A stretch of 24,645 nucleotides of DNA, taken from positions 1 to 24,645 of the IMG/VR virus record IMGVR_UViG_3300024262_003389; one strand, 5' to 3'. The notes under the pieces were generated by a model, which made no database searches, was not told the origin of the DNA, and was given only the letters and a program-made list of their open reading frames with translations. This DNA comes from a virus (lineage: Duplodnaviria > Caudoviricetes). Of the stretch, positions 16,350 to 24,645 are shown piece by piece (within the stretch, counting starts at the first letter, position 1; every line of letters begins with the position of its first letter). The translations under genes and the position numbers were made by a program.

Positions 16350-17870
16350 TTGATGCTGCCCTACACAGAACAATCTGTCCAACTAATGCACGAAGGAAGC
16401 CTGGCCTTAGCCCAGGTAGAGCACGATGGCATACGGATGGATGTTGGCTACTTGAAGGGTGCCATCAAAAAGACGGAGAGGAGAATTGCACGGTTAGAGC
16501 GTAGGCTGGAAAAGTCCGAAGTCTGTGTAGAATGGAAGAAGGCCTACGGTTCCAAAATGAAATTGGGCTCGGACGAACAGCTCGGCAAGGTGCTCTTTGA
16601 CAGGATGGGTTTCAAATCCCCCGGAAAGACAGAGTCTGGTCAGCACAAGGCTGATGAGTCCTCTTTGGCAAAGGTGGATCACCCCTTTATCCAGGACTAC
16701 CTCAAAGTCAAGAAGCTGAAGAAGGCTCTGTCCACCAACCTAAATGGACTGCTGGCATTAACAGTAGATGAGTATCTACACCCCACCTTCAGCCTCCACG
16801 TCACAAAGACATATCGATCCTCAAGCGAAGCGCCAAACTTCCAAAACCAACCTGTCCGCAATGAAATGCTTGCTGAGCTGATTCGCCGGGCCTTTGTAGC
16901 CCGCCCAGGTAACCATTTGGTAGAGCTTGACTACTCAGGTCTTGAGGTAAACATTGCTGCCTGCTACCACAAAGATCCCACAATGCTTGAGTATCTTGGG
17001 GATGAGACCAAGGACATGCATCGGGACTGTGCAATGGACCTCTATATGTTGGAACAGGAAGAGGTCACCAAGCAGATAAGGTACTACGGCAAGAACGGCT
17101 TTGTATTCCCAGAGTTCTATGGGGATTGGTATATTGACTGCGCCCGAGCGCTGTGGGAGGCTATAGACAAGTTCCATTTGGTGACAGCGTCGGGCACCCC
17201 GCTCAGGGAGCATTTGGCTTCCAAAGGGATACGGAGGCTGGGGGCTCTTGTGCCCGGCGAGAAGCCCGTCAAAGGGACATTTGAATACCACGTCTGTAAG
17301 GTTGAGAGGCACTTCTGGGAGGACAGGTTCCCAGTCTATGCACAATGGCGCAAGGATTGGTTTACACAGTATCAAAAGAAAGGTTGGTTCCTCACAAAGA
17401 CGGGCTTTATATGCCAAGGATATATGAAGAAGAATGAGGCAATCAATTACCCTGTGCAGGGGTCCGCTTTCCATTGTCTGCTGTGGTCCCTAACCCGCCT
17501 TGTGCTGCAAGAGCTTCCCAAGAAGAAGATGAAGGCTCTCATTGTAGGACAGATCCACGACAGCATTGTGGCTGATGTTCCTCCTGAGGAGTTGGATGAC
17601 TTCCTTGCCCTTGCCCAGCACGTGATGACTACTCTTCTAATGAGTATCTGGGATTGGATTATTGTGCCCCTTAAGATTGAAGCTGATGTCAGTCCCATAG
17701 GAGGCTCCTGGGTTGATAAGAAGCCCTATGACCTGAGTGGGATAGCAAAGCCCAGAGTAAGGAAGAAGTGGAAACGGTATGAGCCTGGTACACCAGAGTG
17801 GATGAGCTATTGGAAGGCCCACCCTGAGGACCAAGAGGAAATGGTTAACTATACGAGAAGGATAAAATGA
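16350..17870 (+). CDS. polA: DNA polymerase family A, polymerase domain only
   Basis: TYRSSSEAPNFQN; motif A LDYSGLEV; motif B RYYGKNGFVFPEFYG; NYPVQGSA; motif C QIHDSIV. Own RBS GAAGGAG. Confidence 0.93.
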   Translation: MMLPYTEQSVQLMHEGSLALAQVEHDGIRMDVGYLKGAIKKTERRIARLERRLEKSEVCVEWKKAYGSKMKLGSDEQLGKVLFDRMGFKSPGKTESGQHKADESSLAKVDHPFIQDYLKVKKLKKALSTNLNGLLALTVDEYLHPTFSLHVTKTYRSSSEAPNFQNQPVRNEMLAELIRRAFVARPGNHLVELDYSGLEVNIAACYHKDPTMLEYLGDETKDMHRDCAMDLYMLEQEEVTKQIRYYGKNGFVFPEFYGDWYIDCARALWEAIDKFHLVTASGTPLREHLASKGIRRLGALVPGEKPVKGTFEYHVCKVERHFWEDRFPVYAQWRKDWFTQYQKKGWFLTKTGFICQGYMKKNEAINYPVQGSAFHCLLWSLTRLVLQELPKKKMKALIVGQIHDSIVADVPPEELDDFLALAQHVMTTLLMSIWDWIIVPLKIEADVSPIGGSWVDKKPYDLSGIAKPRVRKKWKRYEPGTPEWMSYWKAHPEDQEEMVNYTRRIK

Positions 17871-18776
17871 ATGGAGCTCTATAAGAAGTACCGACCCAGC
17901 CAGTTGAAGAGTGTGGTGGGCAATGAAGAGACAGTCAGTGCTCTGAGGAACATGCTGCGCAGGGACTCATTGCCACATACGATTCTGTTTTACGGACCCA
18001 GTGGTTGTGGCAAGACTACACTTGCCCGCATTGTCAAAGACAAACTCGGCTGCCACGATATGGACTTCCGAGAGGTGAACTCCTCAACCTTTAGAGGAAT
18101 AGACTCGGTGCGGGATATACAGAGCAAGATGAACCTTGCTCCTATAGGCAAGTGCCGCGTCTACCTGTTGGATGAAGCCCACAAGTGGACAAACGATGCC
18201 CAGAACGCCGCATTGAAGATGTTGGAGGACACGCCCCGGCACGTGTACTTCCTGCTCTGCACCACAGACCCACAGAAGCTGATAAAGGCGATACGGACGC
18301 GCTGCTGTGAGATGACTGTGAGGCTCCTCACCTATAGCGAGCTTGAGGGCCTCGCCCGCCGCGTGGCAGGCAAAGAAAAGATCACCCTCGATGCAGAGGT
18401 GCTGGACGAGCTTGTCGCCTCAGCAGGAGGTTCTGCGAGGTCCCTGCTGGTGAACCTCGATAAGATTGCCAGTGTAGACGAGAAGGTAAGGCTCGACGCC
18501 CTCAGGACCGCTGTTGATGCAGAGAACGAAACGATCGAGCTGTGCCGGGCTTTGCTGAAAAAGGCATCCTGGCCGGAGATCACAAAGATCCTGCGGGATT
18601 TGAAAGCTGATCCAGAGACCGCCCGCTGGTCTGTGCTGGGATACGCGAGGAGTGTCCTGCTGAAGAAGAAGGATCCGCAGGCTTACATTGTGATAGACTG
18701 TTTCAAAGAGCCCTTCTACGAGTCGAAGGAGGCGGGGTTGGTAGCGGCCTGTTTTGAAGCAGTCTCTAACGACTGA
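17871..18776 (+). CDS. dnaX: Clamp loader AAA+ ATPase, DnaX (gamma/tau)-like
   Basis: LYKKYRP...VVG, GPSGCGKTT, LDEAH, AQNAALKMLE, IRTRC. Confidence 0.9.
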   Translation: MELYKKYRPSQLKSVVGNEETVSALRNMLRRDSLPHTILFYGPSGCGKTTLARIVKDKLGCHDMDFREVNSSTFRGIDSVRDIQSKMNLAPIGKCRVYLLDEAHKWTNDAQNAALKMLEDTPRHVYFLLCTTDPQKLIKAIRTRCCEMTVRLLTYSELEGLARRVAGKEKITLDAEVLDELVASAGGSARSLLVNLDKIASVDEKVRLDALRTAVDAENETIELCRALLKKASWPEITKILRDLKADPETARWSVLGYARSVLLKKKDPQAYIVIDCFKEPFYESKEAGLVAACFEAVSND

Positions 18777-18798
18777 GCACCATAACAAGGAGTAAAGT

Positions 18799-19296
18799 AT
18801 GGAATCAAATGTTGATGTTGTAGCCCTTAACCCAGAACAGTTGGATATTGAAGCTGTGTGTCAGGCAGAGCTGTTTCTGGAGTGGGCGGAGAAGTCGGTT
18901 GAAGCGAAGGCGGAGGCGGACAGGCTGAAGCGGGAGTTGGACACAGAAGAGGCATTGACCTCCTTGAGGATAAGGGAGAAGCCCGAGGACTTTGGTCTGG
19001 AGAGGGTCACAGAGGGAGCTATTGTTTCTGCCGTCAAAACCAATAAGGCATATCTCAAGGCATTGGAGGCTTACCAAGAGGCAAGGAAAACGTCTGCTCT
19101 ATACGACCAGGTGGTCAATGCGTTGGAGCAGCGCAAGAGGATGATCGAAGTCCTTGTGACACTGCACGGCCAACAGTACTTCGCAGGCCCGTCAGTGCCC
19201 AGGGATCTGGTAGCGGAGTGGAAAGAACATCAGGAGGCCAGAAGTGAAAAGGTGACAAGCAGACAGAAGAGTGTAGCCCGCAAGCGGGGCAAGTGA
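18799..19296 (+). CDS. Coiled-coil protein, possible UvsY-like recombination mediator
   Basis: All-helical, about 165 aa, TEGAI...ALEQRKRMIE; next to SSB and RecA. AAGGAG RBS. Confidence 0.55.
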   Translation: MESNVDVVALNPEQLDIEAVCQAELFLEWAEKSVEAKAEADRLKRELDTEEALTSLRIREKPEDFGLERVTEGAIVSAVKTNKAYLKALEAYQEARKTSALYDQVVNALEQRKRMIEVLVTLHGQQYFAGPSVPRDLVAEWKEHQEARSEKVTSRQKSVARKRGK

Positions 19297-19335
19297 TCCA
19301 GGACAAGCATCAGTGGTTTGAAAGGAATTGCATCT

Positions 19336-20454
19336 ATGGCAAAACACAAGTCGAAGAGGTCGAGGGTCAGTAGGGACAAGGTGCGTCGCAACGCAAAGGA
19401 GCAGGGGTCGAAGAGAAACTACTTTGACCTTCCCGTTGGCGTCCGTGAGTGGGCACCCGACAAGGCTGGCCGATACATGATTGACATCGTTCCCTACGAA
19501 GTCAAGGCCGCGAACCATCCTGACGGGATCGAGGCGGGTGTTCTGTGGTATAAGCACCCGTTCGCCATCCACCACTCTGTCGGCGCATCTGAGAACTCCA
19601 TTGTATGCCCAGGGAGTGTGGGCAAGCCCTGTCCCATCTGCCAAGAGAAGCAGAGGCTGTCGAAGAACTACGATGAGAACGAGGAGGTCATTCGATCCCT
19701 CAACCCACAGAAGTTCGTCGCCTACAACATCATCGACCCTGATGATGCGGGCGCTGTGGCCATCCTCTACATGTCAAGAGGAAAGTTCGCCCTCCAGCTC
19801 GAGAAGGAGCTTGAAGAGGGTGAGGACGACATCCTCAGCTTCTACGATGTGACAGAGGACGGCAGAACCCTGCGTGTCCGCTTCAGCGATGCGTCGTATG
19901 AAGGCCGCAAGTACATCGAAGCCACAAGGATCGACTTCAAAGAGCGTCCTGCAATGAACGAGGAAGAGATCCTTGGGATGACGGTGTGCCTGGACGAGGC
20001 GTTCAAGATCCTGCCCTACGACACCATCAAGAAGATGTTCCTGCAGGTTGATGCAGAGGATGGAGAGGAAGAAGAAGAGGAAGAGCCCCCGAAGAAGGCT
20101 ACCAAGAAGGCGGCCAAGCCCAAGAAGGAAGAGGAAGAAGAGGAAGAGGAAGAAGAGGAAGAAGAGGAAGAGGAAGAAGAGGAAGAAGAGGAAGAGGAAG
20201 AAGAGGAAGAGGAAGAAGAGGAAGAGGAAGAAGAGGAAGAGCCCCCGAAGAAGGCTACCAAGAAGGCAGTGAAGAAGGCTGCCAAGCCTAAGAAGGAAGA
20301 GGAAGAGCCCCCGAAGAAGGCTACCAAGAAGGCAGTGAAGAAGGGTGGCAAAAAGAAGTGCCCTGCCGGCGGGACCTTCGGCAAGGACATTGACAAGTAC
20401 GACGAGTGTGACGACTGCCCGCTCTGGGACGCGTGCGAAGAAGCCTCAGAGTAG
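19336..20454 (+). CDS. Single-stranded DNA-binding protein (gp32-like) with poly-Glu/Lys-rich tail and Cys-rich C-terminus
   Basis: Core IVPY...IHH...CP...GKPCPIC (Zn site), very acidic tail, location between loader and recombinase. Confidence 0.72.
   Translation: MAKHKSKRSRVSRDKVRRNAKEQGSKRNYFDLPVGVREWAPDKAGRYMIDIVPYEVKAANHPDGIEAGVLWYKHPFAIHHSVGASENSIVCPGSVGKPCPICQEKQRLSKNYDENEEVIRSLNPQKFVAYNIIDPDDAGAVAILYMSRGKFALQLEKELEEGEDDILSFYDVTEDGRTLRVRFSDASYEGRKYIEATRIDFKERPAMNEEEILGMTVCLDEAFKILPYDTIKKMFLQVDAEDGEEEEEEEPPKKATKKAAKPKKEEEEEEEEEEEEEEEEEEEEEEEEEEEEEEEEEEEEEEPPKKATKKAVKKAAKPKKEEEEPPKKATKKAVKKGGKKKCPAGGTFGKDIDKYDECDDCPLWDACEEASE
20077..20333 (+). repeat. GAA/GAG polypurine tract (38 Glu codons, 20128-20241) with three 35-nt direct repeats around it
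   Basis: GAGGAAGAGCCCCCGAAGAAGGCTACCAAGAAGGC at 20077, 20233 and 20299. Confidence 0.95.
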
Positions 20455-20473
20455 TCCGCGTCAGTAACTCAAA

Positions 20474-20504
20474 GGTGGGGGCTTGGCCCTGCTGAGCCCC
20501 CACC
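20474..20504. other. Strong intergenic hairpin between SSB and recA
   Basis: GGTGGGGGCT pairs with AGCCCCCACC (10 bp perfect); no plus-strand U tract. Confidence 0.6.
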
Positions 20505-20523
20505 ACTACTCAGGAGTAATAGG

Positions 20524-21615
20524 TTGTCCAGCAAAGAAGAAGCGGAACAGATCAACAAAGAGCTCAATAGGAAACCGAGAGCAAGAAAGGTTCGGAGACG
20601 GGATCTGCTTTCCACAGGGAGCACTCTGTTAAACCTGGCCTGTAGTGATAACCCTTTTGGAGGGCTGTTGAAAGGCAAGTTCTACCTGTTTGTGGGGAAT
20701 AGCCAGTCGGGGAAAACTTTCCTGTCTCTGAGCTGCCTTGCTGAGGCTGTGCAGAACAAGTACTTCAAAGACTACCGTTTGATATATGACAATGTAGAGG
20801 ACGGCTGCCTCATTGATGTAGACAGGGTTTTCAGCGAGGAGATAGCAGACAGAGTAGAGCCCCCTGCTGTTGACGAAGAAGGGGAGCCCCTGTACTCACA
20901 GAGCATTGAGGAGTTCTACTACAATGTGGATGACGCCCTCGATGACGGGCGCCCTTTCATATACATCAACGACTCAATGGATGGCTTGACCTCTGATGCA
21001 GAGAACAGCAAGTTCGAAGAACTGAAGAAAGCCCACAGAGGGGGCAAACAGACTACCGGGAGCTATGGTGATGGGAAGGCAAAGAAGAACTCCTCTAACC
21101 TGCGCAGAGTTGTGAGCAGACTGAGGAATACAGGATCTATACTCCTCATCGTGTGCCAAACACGTGACAACATAGGCAGCAGGTATGGTGGACAGACCTA
21201 CTCCGGGGGCAAAGCCCTGAAGTTCTATGCCACAGTAGAGGTATGGACAGCGGTGACCGAGACGTTGAAAAAGACTGTGATGGATAAGGTGAGGGATGTG
21301 GGTGTCCTTATTCAAGCGCAAATCAAGAAGAATAGGATTACAGGCAGGCTGTCAAAGGTGGAGTTCTCTATTTTCCCATCCTACGGCATTGACGATATGG
21401 GATCCTGCATTGACTTCCTTGTTGAAGAGAAGTGGTGGCCCATAACAAAACAGACCATCACTGCCACTGGGCTGGGTATCAAAGGAACGCGGGACAAGCT
21501 GATTGACCAGATAGAGAAGGCGGGGCTTGAGGATTCAGTCCGCTCTGCTGTAGGGGAATGCTGGGCTCGTATCCAAGAGGAAAGTGCATTGAAGAGAAAG
21601 AAGCGATATGAGTAA
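20524..21615 (+). CDS. recA: RecA/UvsX-like recombinase
   Basis: LSTGSTLLNLA, GNSQSGKT, INDSMDGL, QTRDNIG, SGGKALKFYA, KKNR. TTG start with AGGAG. Confidence 0.88.
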   Translation: MSSKEEAEQINKELNRKPRARKVRRRDLLSTGSTLLNLACSDNPFGGLLKGKFYLFVGNSQSGKTFLSLSCLAEAVQNKYFKDYRLIYDNVEDGCLIDVDRVFSEEIADRVEPPAVDEEGEPLYSQSIEEFYYNVDDALDDGRPFIYINDSMDGLTSDAENSKFEELKKAHRGGKQTTGSYGDGKAKKNSSNLRRVVSRLRNTGSILLIVCQTRDNIGSRYGGQTYSGGKALKFYATVEVWTAVTETLKKTVMDKVRDVGVLIQAQIKKNRITGRLSKVEFSIFPSYGIDDMGSCIDFLVEEKWWPITKQTITATGLGIKGTRDKLIDQIEKAGLEDSVRSAVGECWARIQEESALKRKKRYE

Positions 21616-22507
21616 AGCCCCGCGGGTGCTGATTGATGCCTCATACCTTGCGCACCGTGCCCTCCACTCTCTACAGGGATTGGAGTTCGAAGACTTCCCC
21701 ACCGGTGTGATATACGGTTTGCTTGAACAGATCCTTTCATTGGCATATGATGATAGAATCACTTCAAACAGACTGTTGATGTGCTTTGACTCCCGTAAGA
21801 GCTACCGCAAGAAAGCCTACCCTGATTATAAAGGGAACAGGAACAAGGATCGGACTGAGAAGGAGATGGCTGAGCTGCGGGCAATGCACAAACAGGTGGA
21901 CTTGATGAGGAGCGAGGTATTCCCTGCCTGCGGGTTCCTCACAGCACGCCAGTCAGGGGTTGAGTCCGACGACCTGATGGCCTATGCAGCAAAGCAAGGG
22001 CGGGACAAGGTTATCCTTGTGACGTCAGATGGGGATCTCTACCAGTGCATTACAGACAGTGTACACTGGTATGACCCTGGTAGAGACCAATACCTTGACC
22101 CGTTAACCTTCTGGGTAAAGAAGGGTATTGAGCCCCACCAATGGGCGGAGGTTCAGGCCATTGCGGGCTGCTCCTCTGACAATGTAAAGGGCATCAGAGG
22201 AATCGCAGAGAAGTCAGCTATTGACTATGTCCTTGGGAGGCACAACCCCACCTACAAAAGATTCAAAGCCGTTGTGGAAGGGCGCCGCACCATAACGCTC
22301 AACCGGTCACTGGTTACCCTCCCCCACAAAAAGACAAAGCCCTTTGACATTGTTGAGCCACAATATAACCCTGCTGCATTCTTTGAGCAGTGTGAGCGGT
22401 TTGGGATACGGACATATCTAGAAGGGGCGAAGCATAGTGCTTGGCTCCGTTTCTTCAGTGGTGACTTTGACAGAGTAAAGTCACGGACAAGAAAGAGAGG
22501 ACGGTAA
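21608..22507 (+). CDS. 5'-3' exonuclease / flap endonuclease
   Basis: LIDASYLAHR, FDSRKSYRK..YPDYKGNR, ESDD, TSDGDLYQ, GCSSDNVKGIRGI. Confidence 0.92.
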   Translation: MSKAPRVLIDASYLAHRALHSLQGLEFEDFPTGVIYGLLEQILSLAYDDRITSNRLLMCFDSRKSYRKKAYPDYKGNRNKDRTEKEMAELRAMHKQVDLMRSEVFPACGFLTARQSGVESDDLMAYAAKQGRDKVILVTSDGDLYQCITDSVHWYDPGRDQYLDPLTFWVKKGIEPHQWAEVQAIAGCSSDNVKGIRGIAEKSAIDYVLGRHNPTYKRFKAVVEGRRTITLNRSLVTLPHKKTKPFDIVEPQYNPAAFFEQCERFGIRTYLEGAKHSAWLRFFSGDFDRVKSRTRKRGR

Positions 22508-22764
22508 TGATCGAGCAGAAGAAAAAGATGCTTGAGGATGTTTTGGGCTGGGAACTCCCCGCGGAACAGAAGCTGGAGATCATCACTCTTCTGACCGGGT
22601 TCTTCCAGCAGGAGAAGAATGCGTGGAGTGAGGAGGCGGAGAGGCTGAAGAGGCGGGAAGCGAAGAGGAAATACAGGGAGAGGAAGAAGAAGGAGAAGTA
22701 CGCAGAGAGGCAGAGAAGCCCGATGCACAACGATACGATTGGGAAGACACCTGCAGTGTTCTAA
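22507..22764 (+). CDS. Small basic hypothetical protein
   Basis: TAATG overlap with upstream gene; Arg/Lys-rich helix. Confidence 0.6.
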   Translation: MIEQKKKMLEDVLGWELPAEQKLEIITLLTGFFQQEKNAWSEEAERLKRREAKRKYRERKKKEKYAERQRSPMHNDTIGKTPAVF

Positions 22765-22790
22765 GAACCTGTTGGTATGGAGAAACACTG

Positions 22791-23366
22791 ATGGCCAAGG
22801 GCGGAGCATACGAAAGAGCAATCTGCAAGGCATTGAGCCTCTGGTGGACAGAAGAGGGACGGGATGACGTGTTCTGGCGGTCCTCTACAAGCGGGGGAAG
22901 AGCTACTGTGCGATCCCGCCAAGGCAGGGCCACCTTTGGACAGTACGGAGACGTTCAGGCTACGGACCCAATAGGGCAGCCCCTGATTGATCTCTGCACA
23001 ATAGAGTTGAAGTGTGGATACGGAAAGACCAGTATTGCAGACGTTCTCGATGCTCCGCCCACCGCCGCTACTCAACAGTGGTTGAAGTTCGTAGAGCAGG
23101 CGGAGGAAAGCCAACGGGCGGCAAGCGCACCATATTGGCTCCTTATCACTAAGAGGGACAGGCGGGATTCAATGATTTTTATGCCCCGTCCCTTCCACGG
23201 GCTCTTGGTAAGGGAGAGTTTGGTTCTTTACTCCACGCATTGGAAACCCTGCATCGTATTCAGAGGTGAAGGAAGGCATATCGTTGGTACGAAGTTTTCT
23301 GAGTTCACACGGACGGTGAAGCCCGATATTATAGTGAGAGCTGCTGCAAAGGAGAGCAACAGGTGA
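22791..23366 (+). CDS. Holliday junction resolvase-like PD-(D/E)XK nuclease
   Basis: KGGAYERAICKAL, SGGR, GDV, IELKCG. Confidence 0.8.
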   Translation: MAKGGAYERAICKALSLWWTEEGRDDVFWRSSTSGGRATVRSRQGRATFGQYGDVQATDPIGQPLIDLCTIELKCGYGKTSIADVLDAPPTAATQQWLKFVEQAEESQRAASAPYWLLITKRDRRDSMIFMPRPFHGLLVRESLVLYSTHWKPCIVFRGEGRHIVGTKFSEFTRTVKPDIIVRAAAKESNR

Positions 23367-24382
23367 TTGAACAACTTGTCCTCAAAAACTTCCAGCGACA
23401 CCAAAACCTCACTATAGACCTTGACCCCCATATCACTACCATAGTAGGTCCTTCAGACTCAGGTAAGTCTGCTGTGATACGAGCCCTGAGATGGTTGGCA
23501 ACGAACAGCCCTGCAGGGGACGCCTTTATCCGAGACGGGGAGAAGAAGGCGGGAGTGGTCCTTACAGTTGACGGGGAGACGGTTGAGCGAGAGAGGGGCG
23601 CCGGGGCAAACATATACAGGCTTGGTGAGGACGAGTTTCGTGCGTTCGGCAATGAAGTCCCGCAAAAGATTGGGCAGATGCTGAACCTTGGACCATTGAA
23701 CTTCCAGGGGCAACACGACTCCCCATTTTGGTTTGGGGAGACAGCGGGAGAGGTATCCCGCCAGCTGAACAAAATAGTCAACCTGTCCATTATTGATAAC
23801 GTTCTGTCGTTCCTTGCCTCGAGGACCCGAGAGGCAAAGGTAGAGGTTTCAGTATTGGAACAAAGGAAAAAGGAAGCCCAGGCGGAACGGGCAGCACTCG
23901 TCCACGCCCGCCGGATGGATAAGGACCTCAGGGCCGTGGAACGTGCGGAGGAGGGCTTCTCGAAATGCTCAAGGAGCCGCTCTCTGCTGCACGATCTCTT
24001 CGAGCAGGCGTCTTGCTACTACAAGGAAACGGAGTCGCTGGACGCCCGCAGACGCGAGGCGGAGGGTGTGCTGCGGAAAGGCGAGGCATTCCAGGCTCTT
24101 GCACAGAGGGTAAAAGAGCTGAAAGGGGTGATTGAGGAGATTGGGAGCCTACAAGTTCAGGCGAAACGCCCAGTGCCCTCGGTGGTGGGACTTGAGGAGA
24201 GGTTCTCAGTCTATACTGATTGCCAAGATAGGGCTGAGGGCCTGAGATCCTGTGTCAGTGGGATACGGGAGAAGATGGATAACCTTCAGTCCTATAAGAC
24301 AGGGCTGAGGAAGGCAGAGAAAGAATTGAAGGCTGAGATGGGGGACGTTTGCCCCCTATGCGGCCAGGAGGTAAAGAAATGA
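23363..24382 (+). CDS. sbcC: SbcC/Rad50-like ATPase, N-terminal half ending at the zinc hook
   Basis: LKNFQRH, Walker A GPSDSGKS, Q-loop region NFQGQHD, coiled coil, terminal CPLCG. Confidence 0.85.
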   Translation: MIEQLVLKNFQRHQNLTIDLDPHITTIVGPSDSGKSAVIRALRWLATNSPAGDAFIRDGEKKAGVVLTVDGETVERERGAGANIYRLGEDEFRAFGNEVPQKIGQMLNLGPLNFQGQHDSPFWFGETAGEVSRQLNKIVNLSIIDNVLSFLASRTREAKVEVSVLEQRKKEAQAERAALVHARRMDKDLRAVERAEEGFSKCSRSRSLLHDLFEQASCYYKETESLDARRREAEGVLRKGEAFQALAQRVKELKGVIEEIGSLQVQAKRPVPSVVGLEERFSVYTDCQDRAEGLRSCVSGIREKMDNLQSYKTGLRKAEKELKAEMGDVCPLCGQEVKK

Positions 24383-24645
24383 GTGACCACGCTGTCGCCA
24401 TAGTCTGCGCAGATTTACACCTATCAGACAAAGCTCCAGCCTGTCGTGCTGAGAAGGGGGAGGATTGGTATGGTGTGATGGACAGGACGCTGAAGGAGGT
24501 TGAGGAGCTGAGGAGAGCTGTGGGTGGTCCCCTGTTGATAGCGGGAGACTTGTTTGATAGATGGAATAATCCTCCCTGGCTTGTGAACTTTGCCATACGA
24601 AAGCTGCCCAAGGATGTCATTGCGATCCTGGGCAGCACGACATCC
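24379..24645 (+). CDS. sbcD: SbcD/Mre11-like metallophosphoesterase, N-terminal part (3'-truncated), not in ORF track
   Basis: Manual translation MSDHAVAIVCADLHLS...LLIAGDLFD. GGAGG RBS, ATGA overlap. GQHD motif appears in the shifted frame at 24630-24641. Confidence 0.85.
   Translation, partial: MSDHAVAIVCADLHLSDKAPACRAEKGEDWYGVMDRTLKEVEELRRAVGGPLLIAGDLFDRWNNPPWLVNFAIRKLPKDVIAILGSTTS

Noticed and set aside
20016-20396. Poly-Ser (-) and poly-Arg/Lys (+) ORFs
   Set aside because: Alternative-frame readings of the GAA/GAG tract in the SSB gene.
1-24645. Minus-strand ORFs, tRNAs, transposases, alternative genetic code
   Set aside because: Plus-strand genes tile the window under the standard code. 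Minus-strand ORFs are motif-less shadows, and no tRNA or mobile-element signature was seen by eye.

Overview
A 24.6 kb, entirely plus-strand, tightly packed segment of a tailed dsDNA phage (or prophage) genome covering DNA replication, recombination and DNA modification. Order: SNF2-type helicase (5'-truncated), 30-bp repeat array, a small ribbon-helix-helix gene absent from the ORF track, primase, lambda O-like initiator, DnaB helicase, then an ~8.3 kb 7-deazaguanine cluster. The cluster has QueD, QueE, a QueC lacking the Zn cysteines, a PRTase-FolE fusion and a DpdA/TGT-like transglycosylase, interleaved with a radical SAM/SPASM enzyme, a possible T-fold protein, a SAM methyltransferase, a PIG-L deacetylase and a GT-B glycosyltransferase. 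Next come a beta-clamp-like protein, a family A polymerase split into UDG+3'-5' exonuclease and polymerase genes with an adenine methyltransferase between them, clamp loader, SSB with a 38-Glu tract, RecA-like recombinase, 5'-3' exonuclease, resolvase, half of an SbcC/Rad50 and the start of SbcD/Mre11. The best candidate for a new system is the deazaguanine cluster with its tailoring enzymes, which may make an undescribed hypermodified guanine. A fixed-spacing bipartite motif (CCAMKTSC-N10-ACGATAGTA) occurs at four gene boundaries and is probably a phage promoter. All calls come from reading motifs by eye; no searches were run.
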